Assembly: GCA_964016885.1 (NCBI GenBank)
Contig: OZ024740.1
Span: 384,152,001-384,216,000 of the forward strand
Length of the DNA: 64,000 nucleotides
Source of the DNA: Eledone cirrhosa
Taxonomy: Eukaryota
Direction: 5' to 3'
Below the pieces are notes generated by a model. It had not been told where the DNA came from, ran no database searches, and saw nothing but the letters and a program-made list of their open reading frames with translations. Below are positions 42,366 through 56,180 of this stretch, in pieces. Within the stretch, counting starts at the first letter, position 1. Each line of letters starts with the position of its first letter. Made by a program: the position numbers and the translations under genes.

Positions 42366-42927
42366 ACGCACCTTGTTCATGATAGTAGGTTTATTAGAAG
42401 TATGTTTGATCAGGTTTCAATAGGAACTTAACAACGACAACAACAACTGCGATGATAACAATAACAGAACAGCAACGTTTATAAATACCAACGATAGAGC
42501 TTCTACTTGTTGTTTAACCTGCTAAAATAGCAGCTAAATCTTCTTCAGACCCACGCTAACACCACAAAAGAAATAAAAGAAAAGACATGTTAAATGAAGT
42601 GACACTGGATAACATTATCTGAAAGTCAAAAACAATATAGACGAGATAATAAAGACTAGAATACATTTTGAACATAAGTTTGCTTGATCAGAGCTGGCTT
42701 GTGCAAAACAACAGTAACAACAACAGTAGCAACCGCGACAAGATTAACAACAATAAAGATGACAGCAGTAAACGAGTCAAGAAGATTTATCTTTAAATGG
42801 CATGATATTGTTAATAAATGGTCGAGAGTTGCCAAGTACAACCAGAATTTACGTCACTCTGATGGGATTTGTCTTCGTGGTCACTGCGGCTACTGTGAAT
42901 GCCCCTCCCATTACTATTAGCGACAAA

Positions 42928-42948
42928 ACCACCACCACCACCACCACC

Positions 42949-43025
<77 letters not shown>
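42928..43025. repeat. (ACC)n(ATC)n trinucleotide microsatellite
   Basis: Direct reading. Confidence 0.95.
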
Positions 43026-44291
43026 TTTTATGATTATCCATTTCATTATTATCAACGTCAGTGCCATCGATATCCTCACTATCATCATTATCACTATCTT
43101 TTATTAAGCAGACGTACGCCACATTTAATACATTGCCGTGTTTAGTTTTGTCATCCTTATATATACTGACTTCAAACTCTACCAGGATTGATTATTCCAT
43201 TTTATATTTCCGAAGTTCCAGGAATATACATGTTACTTGGATTGCATGGCTAAGTGATTAAGGAATTTACTTTTAAATTAGGAGATCTCGAGTTCAATCT
43301 CACCATGTTGCATCTTAACATCTACTCAAGCATTGTGATTGAAATTGGTTTGATGTAAACTGTGTGGACACCTATCAGATAGACTTTATATGTAATTCAA
43401 ATAACCGCATTGTCACAGAGTGTGTCCGTTTGATTCGGTCTGAAAACTACATTAAGAGTGCATATAACTGTAGAATCAGAAGGTAATTCATAGTAGCACT
43501 CAGCTAGATTCCTCATCTACGTTTGCAACCATTATAATCAAATGGGGGCAGACATCCAGCAGGTTAGGTGTTTATCGGCGGGTTTTAAACTCTGAGGCGG
43601 AGTTTGAACAGAAAACAGAGCAGCTTGCCCGACGTTCTAAGAATAGTACAAACTTGGAACCCTTATCTGATAATTGAGTTATCGACTCGAAAGGATGAAA
43701 GCAGAATTTTACGTTGGTACTCAGAACGCCGAATCAAATAACACAAGGTATTCTATCTGATTTTCTAAAGTTTCTGTCTTTTAACACTTTAGAAAGTTGT
43801 GGGTGAGCTGGTATTGAGTTCTAGTTCCTTGATGAAATTCATTTAATTCGCTTACACCAATAATACTATTTCGAATATGAACATCAGAGAATTCATATTG
43901 TTCACTTCAAAATACTTATTCTGTGAATCTAGTGAACATAAATAAATAACATATCCATGAATGAGTACTCTGTATCACCTGTGACATGATTCAAACCCCT
44001 ACGCATTCAGCCGACAGGATATCAATTTTACCAAGCAGAATTTGTTGAGAAATTAGGTCAACTTGGACTGGCTTCTATCGACGTCGATTTACAATTTTAA
44101 TCCTGATAAATCAGCATATATGCTGCTGTCTTTTCTATGACTGTGTCTGTTTTCTGCTCCTGCCTCTATTTCGCTTTCTACCAGTTATCTTTCGTTCCCT
44201 ATCATTTTTTCCAAAACTTTCTTTCTGCATATTTGCCCATCTTTGTATCTCTGTTTTCCTGTCTCATTTTATTTCTGTATCATTTTATCTA

Positions 44292-44294
<3 letters not shown>

Positions 44295-44382
<88 letters not shown>
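44295..44382. repeat. (CT)n microsatellite
   Basis: Direct reading. Confidence 0.95.
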
Positions 44383-44389
<7 letters not shown>

Positions 44390-44765
44390 AACAAATCGAT
44401 ATACCAATGTTTGTATTCAATCAAAGTGTAGCCTTTTGTTATGCAAGGCAGGGGGACAGAGAAAATATAAATATGCACACTTGTAAATGTTTGTTACACG
44501 TGGCTGCACAATATATTTCCATTATTCAAATTGTGCCAATGGGGTTGCTACAGCTGCTCTTAAAAAACTTCTAAATGGGTAATAAGGCTTTACTAGAGAA
44601 ACAATATTAAAGAGAGCATTAGAGTTTTACTTCTACTAGTAAAACACTATCAGTAGTTGTACTCTTCGAGTGTAATCATACATTGAGTAGTGGTAAACTC
44701 TTAAAGGAGAGGATTTACTTAAAAATGTAGATTCTAGGATAAAATTATTTTATTCTATATAATAT

Positions 44766-44813
<48 letters not shown>

Positions 44814-44844
44814 AATGTGTATATGTATATACATACATAAATAT

Positions 44845-44954
44845 ATAGGAACAAGTTTGACCCCGACGGCAGAGCTCAAGCTGTTTCGACGGCTATTTCT
44901 GGACTCCGTCGAAACGGCTTCAGCTCTGCCGTCGGGGTCAAACTTTTTTCCTAT
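44845..44954. repeat. Fold-back of an HHR 3' half (arms 44845-44892 and 44906-44954)
   Basis: GACGG(CTATTTCTGGACT)CCGTC-GAAA-CGGC(TTCAGCTCT)GCCG-TC-GGGGTCA, with the same sequence inverted upstream. Confidence 0.85.
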
Positions 44955-45034
44955 TACCCACTGTACTACACTAAGTATTGAGTACTCTAGTGCGTTATGA
45001 TCCATCTGGTTCCTTACCACACCACCTTCATTAC

Positions 45035-45118
<84 letters not shown>

Positions 45119-45121
<3 letters not shown>

Positions 45122-47227
45122 CCGCCACTTCCGACGCCTCCAGTCCGACCCCTCCACATCCCTCATCTTCCCAATCCCACATCTTCCCAACCCCACCACT
45201 CCCCTCCTTCAAACGCGCACGCAATCTCCGCACCCTCCTCGTCCACAGCTCCCTACCCTCAACCCACGCCCCCCCCGGTTCCTTTCCCTGTTCTAGGCCC
45301 CGCTGCAACACCTGTCCCCACATCACCAACACCACCACCTTCCAGGGTCCCAACGGCCACTCTCTCTCTGTCCGGCATGCCTTCCGCTGCACCTCCTCCA
45401 ACCTAGTCTGCGGACTTCGCTGCACGGTGTGCAGCACGACTTACGTCGGACAGACGAGACGTCGCCTGGCGGACCGATTCACTGAGCACCTCCGGGATAT
45501 TCGTCTCGGTGGTAGTTCCCCCATCGCCCGCCACTTTGGTTCCCCTGGACATTCCGCACGCCATCTCACAGTCTGTGGCCTACTCCAATGCCACGGAACA
45601 CCCGCCAATCTCCTCAGAGTTGAACAAAGAACCATCTTCATCTTACAGACCCACACTCCCCCCGGCCTGAACTCCCCACCCTTATTCCTTTAGCCTTCAA
45701 CCTCCCCCCTCCCCCACACTTATCCCCAACTAACACCACTAACACACCCCTCCTTCTCACCGCCCACCCCACAACTAACAATACTAACACCTCCACTCCA
45801 CCCCTCATCCGACCACCCTTCCCCAACTAACATACTAACATTCCTCCATTCTTCTGCCCCCTCCTTATCAGACGCACACACCCACCGGCACATATGTACA
45901 CGCGCTCACACTAAACACACACCCTACTACCACCACTAACCCTCACCCCCACACATCCATCCCACCACCCCGCAACTAACATCACTAACACCCCCTGACC
46001 CCAAGCACACGAACACACGCACCCACTTACACCACCCACCCCACACGCAACTAACATCACTAACACCCCCCAACCCCACGCACACGCACACACACACCCT
46101 CGTACACCACCAACTCTGCACGCCCTACCACCACTAACCCCCACTCACACCCGCATTCAACCCTTTCTCCACCTCCCGTATACTAACACCCACTAACACC
46201 CCCTTCATCAAACTACACACACACCAGTACACCACACTCCCTCCATTGACCCCCACACCCTTCTCTCCCCGCTCCACCCACACCCTTTCTCCAACACTCA
46301 CTCATCCCACTAACACCTCTACTAATACACACACACACCCTCCTCACTCCAACTTTCACACCTACCCATCCTCGCCCCTTTATCATTCCACCCTACTGCT
46401 GCTATGCCCTCTGACCACCTCCCAGCACACACAGACATACAACACCCTTACTGCCTTGACCACTTCCTGTTGCGCGCGCACCCCATATCTGTCCTCGTCC
46501 GACCATCTCTTCATGGATGACTCGTATGTGGAGCTTGACCGCGGAATCAACTACCATCCTAGGAGTTTACCAACCATTCAACCACATCTTCTTACGGAAT
46601 CACCTTTATAACTCACCCACACACACACACCCCAAAAATGTGTTTTCCCACACGTCACCTACACCCACAATACGCTTAAACCCCACACACACGTGCTTTC
46701 CACCACATATTTACACCTTCAGCCTCCGGATTCCTCTCCCCCACCCCTCTATCCACACACTCCGACCTACACCCCACCCCACCAACACCTCTTCCTGAAC
46801 ATGCAACCCCGTTCTTCCTCCAACCCTTGCTTTCACATACACATACACACGTACACCTACACACACACACCACCTTCAGCCCTCCCCGCTCGGACACCCC
46901 GTCTCCCTCTCCTCATTCCACCCTCCACCACCGCTACACGCCCCACCCTCTTTCCACCACCTGTTTTACCCCATTTTAATTTTATTTTATATTGATCATG
47001 CTTTTATTTTTAATTTCATTCGCACCGTTTCCTCCCACCCCCTTTTCGCTATATGTCTCTCCACCACTCCCCTACACACCCTTTGAACTCTCTTCGCACA
47101 CACGTTTCACCTGAAGAAGGGCTTATGCCCGAAACGTCGTTCCCCACCACCACCCCACTCTCAAGAGCGTGAAATTAATAAACATTCGTTGAACTGCCTC
47201 TCTGTTTTGTTCCTGTTCAAATTTTCC

Positions 47228-47230
<3 letters not shown>
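45119..47230 (+). mobile_element. 5'-truncated PLE (GIY-YIG 45119-45693, C-rich 3' UTR/pLTR with HHR), inserted in (TA)n
   Basis: RRHFRRLQSDP...FKRARNLRTLLVHS...PCSRPRCNTC...FRCTSSNLVCGLRCTVCSTTYVGQTRRRLADRFTEHLRDIR...PIARHF...H...EQRTIFILQTHTPPGLN. (TA)n at both ends. Confidence 0.92.
47107..47141 (+). ncRNA. Minimal PLE hammerhead
   Basis: CTGAAGA-A-GGGC(TTAT)GCCC-GAAA-CG-TC. Palindromic ACGT stem III typical of dimer-type minimal HHRs; short stem I. Confidence 0.85.
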
Positions 47231-47264
<34 letters not shown>

Positions 47265-47795
47265 AAAATTTAATTAAATTAAGGTAGTCATGTCCGACAC
47301 ATGCGCCATATTCACCGTAGAATAAACTCAAAGATTGCAATGAATAGATCCGAGCATTTTATATCAACCAGAAATTGATTGACATATATATATATATTTA
47401 AAATATACACATGAAACAATCTCAGGGGAGAATTTGTAAAGCGTGTAATCACACACAGCTAGGTAGGTAACTAACTATAGTTTAACTAGAGCTTCAAATA
47501 TTACCTTTTAAAGCATGATTAATCTTCCTTGTATATATTTCATTAATGAAATATATTTCACCATTAATCCGTAAAGTCACAGCAGTCAAATGTATATGTA
47601 TATATATATATGTGTGTGTGTGCGGGTGTGCGTATGTGTGTGTGTGTTAGGCAATTCCAAAGGAAAGGCAAAGGAAAAAAGTGTGTTCTATGTATAGAAC
47701 AGAGCTATTTAATTAGAAAGTGAACAACACAAAATATAGCTACTCCAATTATTAACAGATTTTAAATCTCATTTCATATCTTTTATCTATAACAT

Positions 47796-47863
47796 CTCTA
47801 TCTGACGAATGATCCAGACGTATATTATTATCACCTGTCATCCAGAAACATTTGGTAATGGAG
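47796..47863 (+). ncRNA. Hammerhead candidate
   Basis: CTCTAT-CTGACGA-ATGA..CAG...CTG-TCAT-CCA-GAAA-C(ATTTG)G-TA-ATGGAG. 6-bp stem I; stem II base imperfect. Confidence 0.55.
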
Positions 47864-48317
47864 TAGATATATTTTGTGTTGTTGACTTTTTTAATATATA
47901 TATTATTCCAAGTGAAGAAATGTTGATCAAAACAGTTTCTTTTGCATACTGTTATCTTCCATGTGGGCGATGTGTTCTATCCAGTGCATTTGAGCAGATG
48001 TTCCAAAAGACGTAATGCTTGGGCATTTCACCCTGATAAGGACATGAATATCACGGGTTCTATATTCTTCCTTGATTAAACGTTTCAGCTGATATGGGAC
48101 AGGCAATTTGATGTTTGAAGTACACCGTGAAGGTTTAGGAGGATCATAAGTAAGCAGTTAAAACACATCTTCTATATGCACACATATGATATTGATGGTT
48201 ATGTCACAATTAGTCCAAACTCTCTTCTCAATTTTCCTCAAATCAACGGAAGCTTTATGAATGTGCAAAAGTATTTCAGCATCTAAGTACCAATATATTG
48301 ACACAGCGCAGTCCTCC

Positions 48318-48442
48318 TCTTCTTCTTCTTCTTCTTCTTCTTCTTCTTCTTCTTCTTCTTCTTCTTCTTCTTCTTCTTCTTCTTCTTCTTCTTCTTCTTC
48401 TTCTTCTTCTTCTTCTTCTTCTTCTTCTTCTTCTTCTTCTTC
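48318..48442. repeat. (TTC)n microsatellite
   Basis: Direct reading. Confidence 0.95.
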
Positions 48443-51406
48443 AGCAAACCTTATTAGGATGTCAACAGATTAAAGGACTCATACAACAAGGGAAACATTG
48501 TTTACACTCTTATAATCACATTTCATTATAATATCCATTGATTGTAACTCTTTGCCGTACATGAATAAGGGCGTGAAGAACAGAGCGGAATTAATCACTG
48601 TGATGATCACCTTAAAAGTTACAGATAATGCATTACCACATTAGAAAATATTCAGCAGTATTTATAATATCAAGACAAAAATTAAATTTTACCAGCTGAT
48701 ATTTAATGTTTGTACTGGCCTCACTACAATCACAAGTTTTAGACACATCAGACGTCATTGAGACGCTGATTCCAACTACTTAAGCACATGAGAAATGTTA
48801 AGATGGAACGTGTAGCTCTCAATGTGGAGAGGAACATTAACACCATTCAATGAACATCCTAGTTTATTACTGTATTTCTTTGTCTCAAAAAGATTGATTT
48901 TCCAACACTCATCTTCCTTTACATCAGCAGAAGCATTTTCCCACATCTAACACTCCCGGAACTCGGTTTAGGTGTGCACACAATGAGCAATCTAAAATGA
49001 TGTAATGTTGCTGGACTAAGAAAAAGGTTTAAAATGACTTTTACTTCTACATCCACAGCACACTTTCCAAAACGCTGAATATTTTCAACGAACATATAAT
49101 AATCCAGAATATTTGCCTTACAATTTTAGATGATAGTAAATATTTCGGTTTCCCCCTGAATCAACTATAAATCTTTGAAACTGCATCTTCTCAACAGTGT
49201 CTAAATTAAACTCTTGTTGTGAGTCAATAATCGGTGCAATGCTGTAGAGTTCGTCCATAGATATGCTACTATTTGTACTCAAATGATCCAGCAACGTTAT
49301 TCTAACATCAGAGGAGATGTCACTCCTGCAACAACTATAATTTATAATCTCCTGCGCTGGATCATTTTTATTATGTAAACTTCAAATTAAGAAGCCTAGG
49401 CATATATTCTTATAAATAAATTGTTATAGAATTCTGATGACAGCGGCTTCATCCCCAAAGCCTCCCACCGCTTAGCTTCAACAGGCCTTTCTTTGGGATT
49501 TATGGCATTGCATTTCGTTCATACTAATGCCAAAAGAGAACTCCTCCACATATATACTATCATATCTGCAATGTGTACCTAGCCATCAACACCCCAACCA
49601 AAGAAGAACTGAATAGTAATCTTCCACATGATCAATGTTTATCTTTGCTTTAAACAAAAACAACCATGCCGCTGACAATGTTGGCTCATCAGGGTTCAAA
49701 AGTATCCATCGTTACAAATGTATTATTTTAAACGAATTAGGAGACGTGAGGTCTCTACAAGAATACGATAACAACAGAACAACCTAACCATTATATCAAA
49801 TCTAGAGCACAAACAATTAAGAGAGATGTGCAATTATTAATAACAAAGAGGACAAATAGAATAAATTACAATCAAATTATGTGACACTAATCAATTGAGA
49901 AAAGATGAAGCCAAGCAAATCTTTCAAATGTTATTTGCTTTCGTAGATGGTGTGAAAAGCTGAAACAACGATCTATTCGGCAGAGAATTCGGATAACAGA
50001 GGAATCAGCAGTTAGTTTCATCTTGGATGCATCGTAATTTACACTACAATTGAAGGATATTATGGAACTATATCTAGTTTTTAATGTAAACGTTTATGCA
50101 CACAATTGTAAACGGCTAAACTCGAAATATTTTATCTCAAACGAGTGTCGTTAGCAGCAAATCTCACTGGATACTTGAAACTAAGTCATTGTTTGTTGAT
50201 CCTTCTGATACTCCAAGTGAAATGCAAGGTATCTCCAAATTTAGAGTGTCTGTAAGAAGAAAATAAAACAACAGTTTGGTGAACATTCCAGCTTTGCTGT
50301 CAAGCGTTACTGAAAGAAGGATAATTTTGATCCCAAGTCACTTTCGCTTTTAGAAATCACTCATAGCCAATTCTCAAATCTCAATTCATTCCCAAACATT
50401 TCTAGCTATTTAAGTATTTTTCATTCCACCAAACACACATACACTAATACAGATGATGGATCAGAGAGTTATTTCCGTTTCTTGATCATATTATTTTAGA
50501 ATTATTTAAAGTTGATTAGAGAGATTTATAATAAACCTCATTCTGTGGAAGAAATATTGGAAGTTGACAATGTTTTGCAAGTAATATAAAGCAAACAAAA
50601 CAAAAGGCAAGGAGAAAGTAAGCAAACTTGTCTCACTGTTGTTGGGTAAAAAAGTAGTAAAACCTAGTTAAGGGATAGAGGATAAAATCAACTCAATCAT
50701 CAACATCTTTGTATAAATGGAGCAGTGAATGCGATTTAAAGACATTGATGCGGGTTATATCCAGAATTTATTGCTGGGTTTAAACGGAGCACTCGCATAC
50801 GAAGATCTTAGTGACTTAACAGATACTGTTCCACAACCAGTTGTAACAGTAGAGTTCGTATCAGAGAAATTACATATACTTTAGTGTTAGTTTACAAACT
50901 ATCCAAATTTTCACAGTATGAAGTTCATTAAAAATAGAAAACAATTAACCATACATTAATATATCTAATAACCTAGCATAGCTTGTAGTATCGAATATAT
51001 TTATTGTTACATAGGTTAATTAAAATGTGTATAATATTTATTCAATTAAACCTAATTTTGTACAAAGGATTTATTCTGAATAAAGTGTGTATATAATTTG
51101 ATTGAATTAAATATAATTTTGTTCAAAAGATTGTTCGTTATGTGTAGAGACACAGAATTTCTTTCAATAATTAAAATATCCTATCAGCAACATATGTTTT
51201 GCCTTCTTTTCATAACAACGTTTCTGATAGCAAAATAAAAACTTTGAGCGAATTAATCATGATGTTGGTATTTACACATACACACGCATACACAAACATA
51301 TAGGTGTATAATTGTATGAATGTGTCAACGTGCGCGTATGCATATATATGTTTGTGGGTGTCCACATATGTACACATATACAGACACACACACATACACA
51401 CAGATT

Positions 51407-51444
<38 letters not shown>

Positions 51445-51576
51445 AACATGTTCAAATAAGTTTACCATACAACAGTATAAAGTCTATGACACATTTAAAG
51501 CTTAGTATGATTTTAGTAGTCCACAGCACTATCAGTAATAAAGAGTCCAAAGTTTAATCCAATGATTAAAATTCCA

Positions 51577-51745
51577 TGGGAGTATCGGTAGGCTTTTCAG
51601 CATAGAGTTACGGCCCTTTACGGCCTGAGTTCAAATCCCACCGAGGTTAATTTTGCCTTTCATCCTTACGGGGTCGATAAAATAAACCACTAGTAATGCA
51701 CTGGGATAATTGCTGGCCTTGTGCCAAAAGTAGAAAGAATTATAA
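51577..51745 (+). mobile_element. tRNA-derived SINE
   Basis: GAGTTCAAATCCCACCGAGG, followed by the core and tail. Confidence 0.85.
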
Positions 51746-54503
51746 TTTCATTCATAGAATAAAGAACGAAAGCATTTAATAGATTCGGATGATGTCATAA
51801 TTGTTAAACAAATAAGAATTGTGTACAAGTATTTTGATCGGTATAATCGTAATCTAGACGTTTGAATGTATATCTCCAAAATGTATGACTTATTAAGTCA
51901 AACTGTTGAAATATAGCTCTAATTCATCCTAAAGTTTCGATACTGTTCTTTTGTAAAATCATTTGAAACATTCTCCTGTCGTATAATCCTTAGTGTATAT
52001 ATATGAAATACTAGTCCACTAAAAATGTATGTAATCATGCATTTTCATAGGAAATAAATATACATTAATGGCGAATTTTTTTGTAACGGATTTCTCTAAT
52101 ATCTTATGTAATTAATTTTGGTGCTCTAATTAGACGAAAATCTGATTGTCGATGGAAATCCGAATTAAAGAAGGCAGGCATTCTTTAGACATTTTGCATC
52201 TTAAGCATGTTCGAATTGTTTCCAAGATTGGAGTGTCTTTCCTTTGCAACGTAGATGCGGTGATAATCAGAAAAGTTGAATTCATTTAATAGTTTCAGAC
52301 ATATCAAATATGAAACCTAGTTTAAGACGTAAATCTTAATGGTTCATCCTCTTTCTGTTTGTGATTTTTGATAGAACAATATCCAAGTCATCAAACAGTT
52401 CTATGTCTGCCATATTTGTTTCAGAGATGTTTTTCATTTTCTACATTGTTACATTTTTTTTCAACGTATTGAATATCATTTTTATTTGTGGAGAGGCGTC
52501 CATGTCGAGCTGTAAAATATCAAATGCTTCCTCGCTATGAAAACATGTCAACAACACTTGACAGTAGAGTTATTCAATGCTTCTAATAGATTATTAGTTA
52601 CGCTGAGAGTGTATTCATCAACGCTTTGATTATTTTATGTAATTGTTTTTGTCTGATAAAGTTCTGGATCTAAAGCAACAAATATTGTCACACAGTAATG
52701 GAATACTGAAATTAAATTCTCTCAAGCAGCTTTTCTGCTTTCTTTCTGAAAGAGGAAATTGTTTGTGTAGAATATAGCCATTCAACTTGCGCATACTATC
52801 TGATTTAAAACGAATGCGTCTAGTTGTCAATGAATGCGTAAGTTGGCCTGCAATATTCCTCTGCTCAAATCATATTTCTTTACATCCATCTCTATAACTT
52901 TCTCCATTATGTTGAAATTTAAATTTCATCGCCACTCTACACACCTTTGGAAACAAACATAGATATACATAATCGCTCAGAAATTTAAGTAAATTGGTTT
53001 TACCCGAGAAATGTTTAGTTGAAGAATGATTTAGAAATGTCTTTACATACATGAGATGTGATTAATAGGCATCACCAGTCATTTATGTCCCTCTCATAAG
53101 GCTACCACAGATCAAAGACAGACCAACCTCTTCATTTTGGTGTGTTTTGATCCAAAAGGCTTTGCAAAATTTACAACATTGTAAAGCCTCTTTCTAGCAA
53201 AATTGACCTCTAAATAACTTTATTAAATTTTGCTCGTGTAACTTTGGGCATGCATACCCTTAGAGACTGAAAAGTGTGAACAATGTCTCCTGTGGAAAAC
53301 AATCTTACATCTATTGTATGTGTCATAGCTACGTTTAAAAGCACTAGATTCAAACTTCGAACTAATTCTGGCCAAATTTCGTCCATCTGTAGGGTTGTAT
53401 ATGCCCAAAATGTTCGACTCTTCTATAAGTTTCTCTGCATTGTAACAGCTTCTAATAAGCTAACATAATTTCAAAATTAATATGTTCTCTGTGCTTCGAA
53501 ATATGGTGCCTATTAGATTTCAGTAAAAGCCAGTATAAATGTCATAAAATATACAGGTTCTTCTCATTTCATTTAACGCATAAATATCAGTCCAAATGAT
53601 AGTTACATGGAACAACATGTCATTTAAAGACACCTATGCAACCTTAATTTTTTGATTCTCATACACTTTTCCAGCTCACATGAAATGCTGGTTGGCATTG
53701 ATTGCCAACAACATGGCATTAGATTTGTTTCCATTCGATCTGTAACATTGAGAGAAATATGAAATTCCAGTGTTGGATGGCGATAAGTTTCATTTGTTGT
53801 TAGAATTGGAGAGTCTAACAGTTATGTGTTATGTCCTGCATCAGAATATGGAGAACGATAACGTTAGCGTTTGTTTGACACTCAGAAGTGATTATTGTAG
53901 TTTTACGAACTGTTTGCGATTGCAAATTTGTCACGCAAATCCCGCTTCCAGGTTCAATGAATTCTGCAGGTACCCCTCTGAAATCTTATTTTTCATGCTT
54001 TTTATTATTTGATTTACTGCATTTCTTAGTTAATAAAATCTCTCAGAGTTTACCGGTTTCATATTATATTTTGTATCCATATAGCATACTTGATCTGGTG
54101 TAATTTTTATAAATCCTGTACCTATATTTGTATACCATAACCGTATAAAATTGAACAGAGAAAATACCTGTTTCAAATGTACAGTAAATTATGTACCCGA
54201 AACACTGTTTCATTCCACAGGTCTTGTGGTTCGCTGATGGGTTTCACACAAAGGGCCAATTGAAAAGAAATATGTTTCGTTCATGGTATCCTTCTTTCCT
54301 AAAATCTGCCAAATATAATTCAGACACTAAAGAATTCCAGCACAAATGTATATTGATTACTTTCGTTTTTATATGACGAAACAGCATAATATATACATGG
54401 ATGTGTGTGATTATTTGCGTGTTTGTGATATTTAAAACATGACTGTGTTTAAGTTTGATCTTTAAATAAATTATTGTTCACGCCACATTATTGTTAAGTT
54501 CAA

Positions 54504-54573
<70 letters not shown>

Positions 54574-55629
54574 CTCTGTGTGTAATTATATGTGGTGCGT
54601 GCGTGTGTGCCTGTACATTTATGTACAAGGCGATTTCATTTCACGATTTCATAGGAAAATATGAATTTGCGTTCAAAGAAAACGTTTCATTTTAAGTGCC
54701 CTCATACGTTTGATTAAATATTTTGAAGACGCACAATTCTTTCATAAAAGACACTGAGACTATCGAACAACAGATAAAATTCATGTTATGAATTAATCAT
54801 TATAAAGGAAGTAAAAGTAGAAGTCCTTTGAGACATGCGATCATCTTCTCTATTTCTTGAAACACGATTTTATGATATAGAGGCAATGAAATACTTAGAA
54901 ATCAAGCGCACAGATGAGACAATTTTAATTCAAGAAAGAAATTTCAATGATAAACATAAACGTGGCAATGCTTTTCATAATTTAAAAAGCTGTAAATATT
55001 GTTTCGAAAAGGAAATGTGCGTGTGGGGTATGTATTCACCTGTTTCATTTACTCACAATGTTATTTACGTCGACAGACCATATCTGACCTGTATTCATAA
55101 ACTGGTGATGGCTAGCAATTCTGAATGACATTCGTAATCTAATGCAAAAATAATAATATTTGTTGTTTGCTATAAATTTCACCTTATCGTCAGTTTAAAT
55201 TTTTCTGGAAGCCTAGCGTGCAAATATACTAAGAATTCCACATGTAAAACGAAATTGTACAGTACAATATCCTCTTATCAGTTGGATGATATTCACTAAG
55301 CACTTTACTACCATGATTACTTATTAATAAGCCCATTCGTGAGATAGCATAGTTCTTCATCATCGCCCAAGTTTCATTATTGAATATAGTTAATCTTGCC
55401 ACTAAAATTCAGTTTTGTTGATTTCCAGACGGATTTTAATAATATATCACGACAAATATTGCATTGCTAACAATAATGAGTAGATTTGCAATAACTCAAA
55501 AATATACTGAAATATTTTTATTATGTATACATTGTATCTTGTTATGGTGAATGAAATTCGGGAAACCTCTTGAGGCCATATCTAGTGTTATTTAAGGAGA
55601 CCTACTGTCACCAACAGTATTATTGGGAG

Positions 55630-55900
55630 TTAATTGAGATAAATGTTTTACATTGCAGAATATAAAATGAAGACCATCGTTCTCTTCAAATATATGGGGA
55701 GTATGGTTGAAAGTTATCTCTCACTCAATTTCAAGCTGAGAGAAAGACTTTTTAAAATGAAGCGTAACAGTGAACGGTCAAGTTTATCACGACGGAGTCG
55801 ATTAGGACATATTTCTATACGAAATTACAGACTTTTCACTATTTACGAAGGTGAAAGGCAGATGGCAGAAGAGAGGTATGGAGAATGGTGCGACATGGAA
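55630..55900 (+). pseudogene. RTE-like LINE fragment
   Basis: FKYMGSMV..., SRLGHI..R... (cf. FKYLGS; W.GHV.R). Confidence 0.45.
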
Positions 55901-56008
55901 GAGGTAAACAATAATTAAAAGATGTGTAGAGAGAGCATATGTTCATCTAAAGCCTGTGCTTCATATCGGTGCAGAAGGATTGTAATCACACACACACACA
56001 CACACACG

Positions 56009-56053
<45 letters not shown>

Positions 56054-56077
56054 AAACACACACACACACATACACAG

Positions 56078-56135
<58 letters not shown>

Positions 56136-56180
56136 GTGTGTGTGTCTGTGTGTGTGTACGTGTGTGTATATATATATATA

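Noticed and set aside
44745-45437. 230-aa minus-strand ORF
   Set aside because: It is the antisense of the PLE endonuclease region plus microsatellite.
49434-49480. CTGATGA followed by an AGCGG/CCGCT stem
   Set aside because: No GAAA or stem III follows, so it is not a hammerhead.
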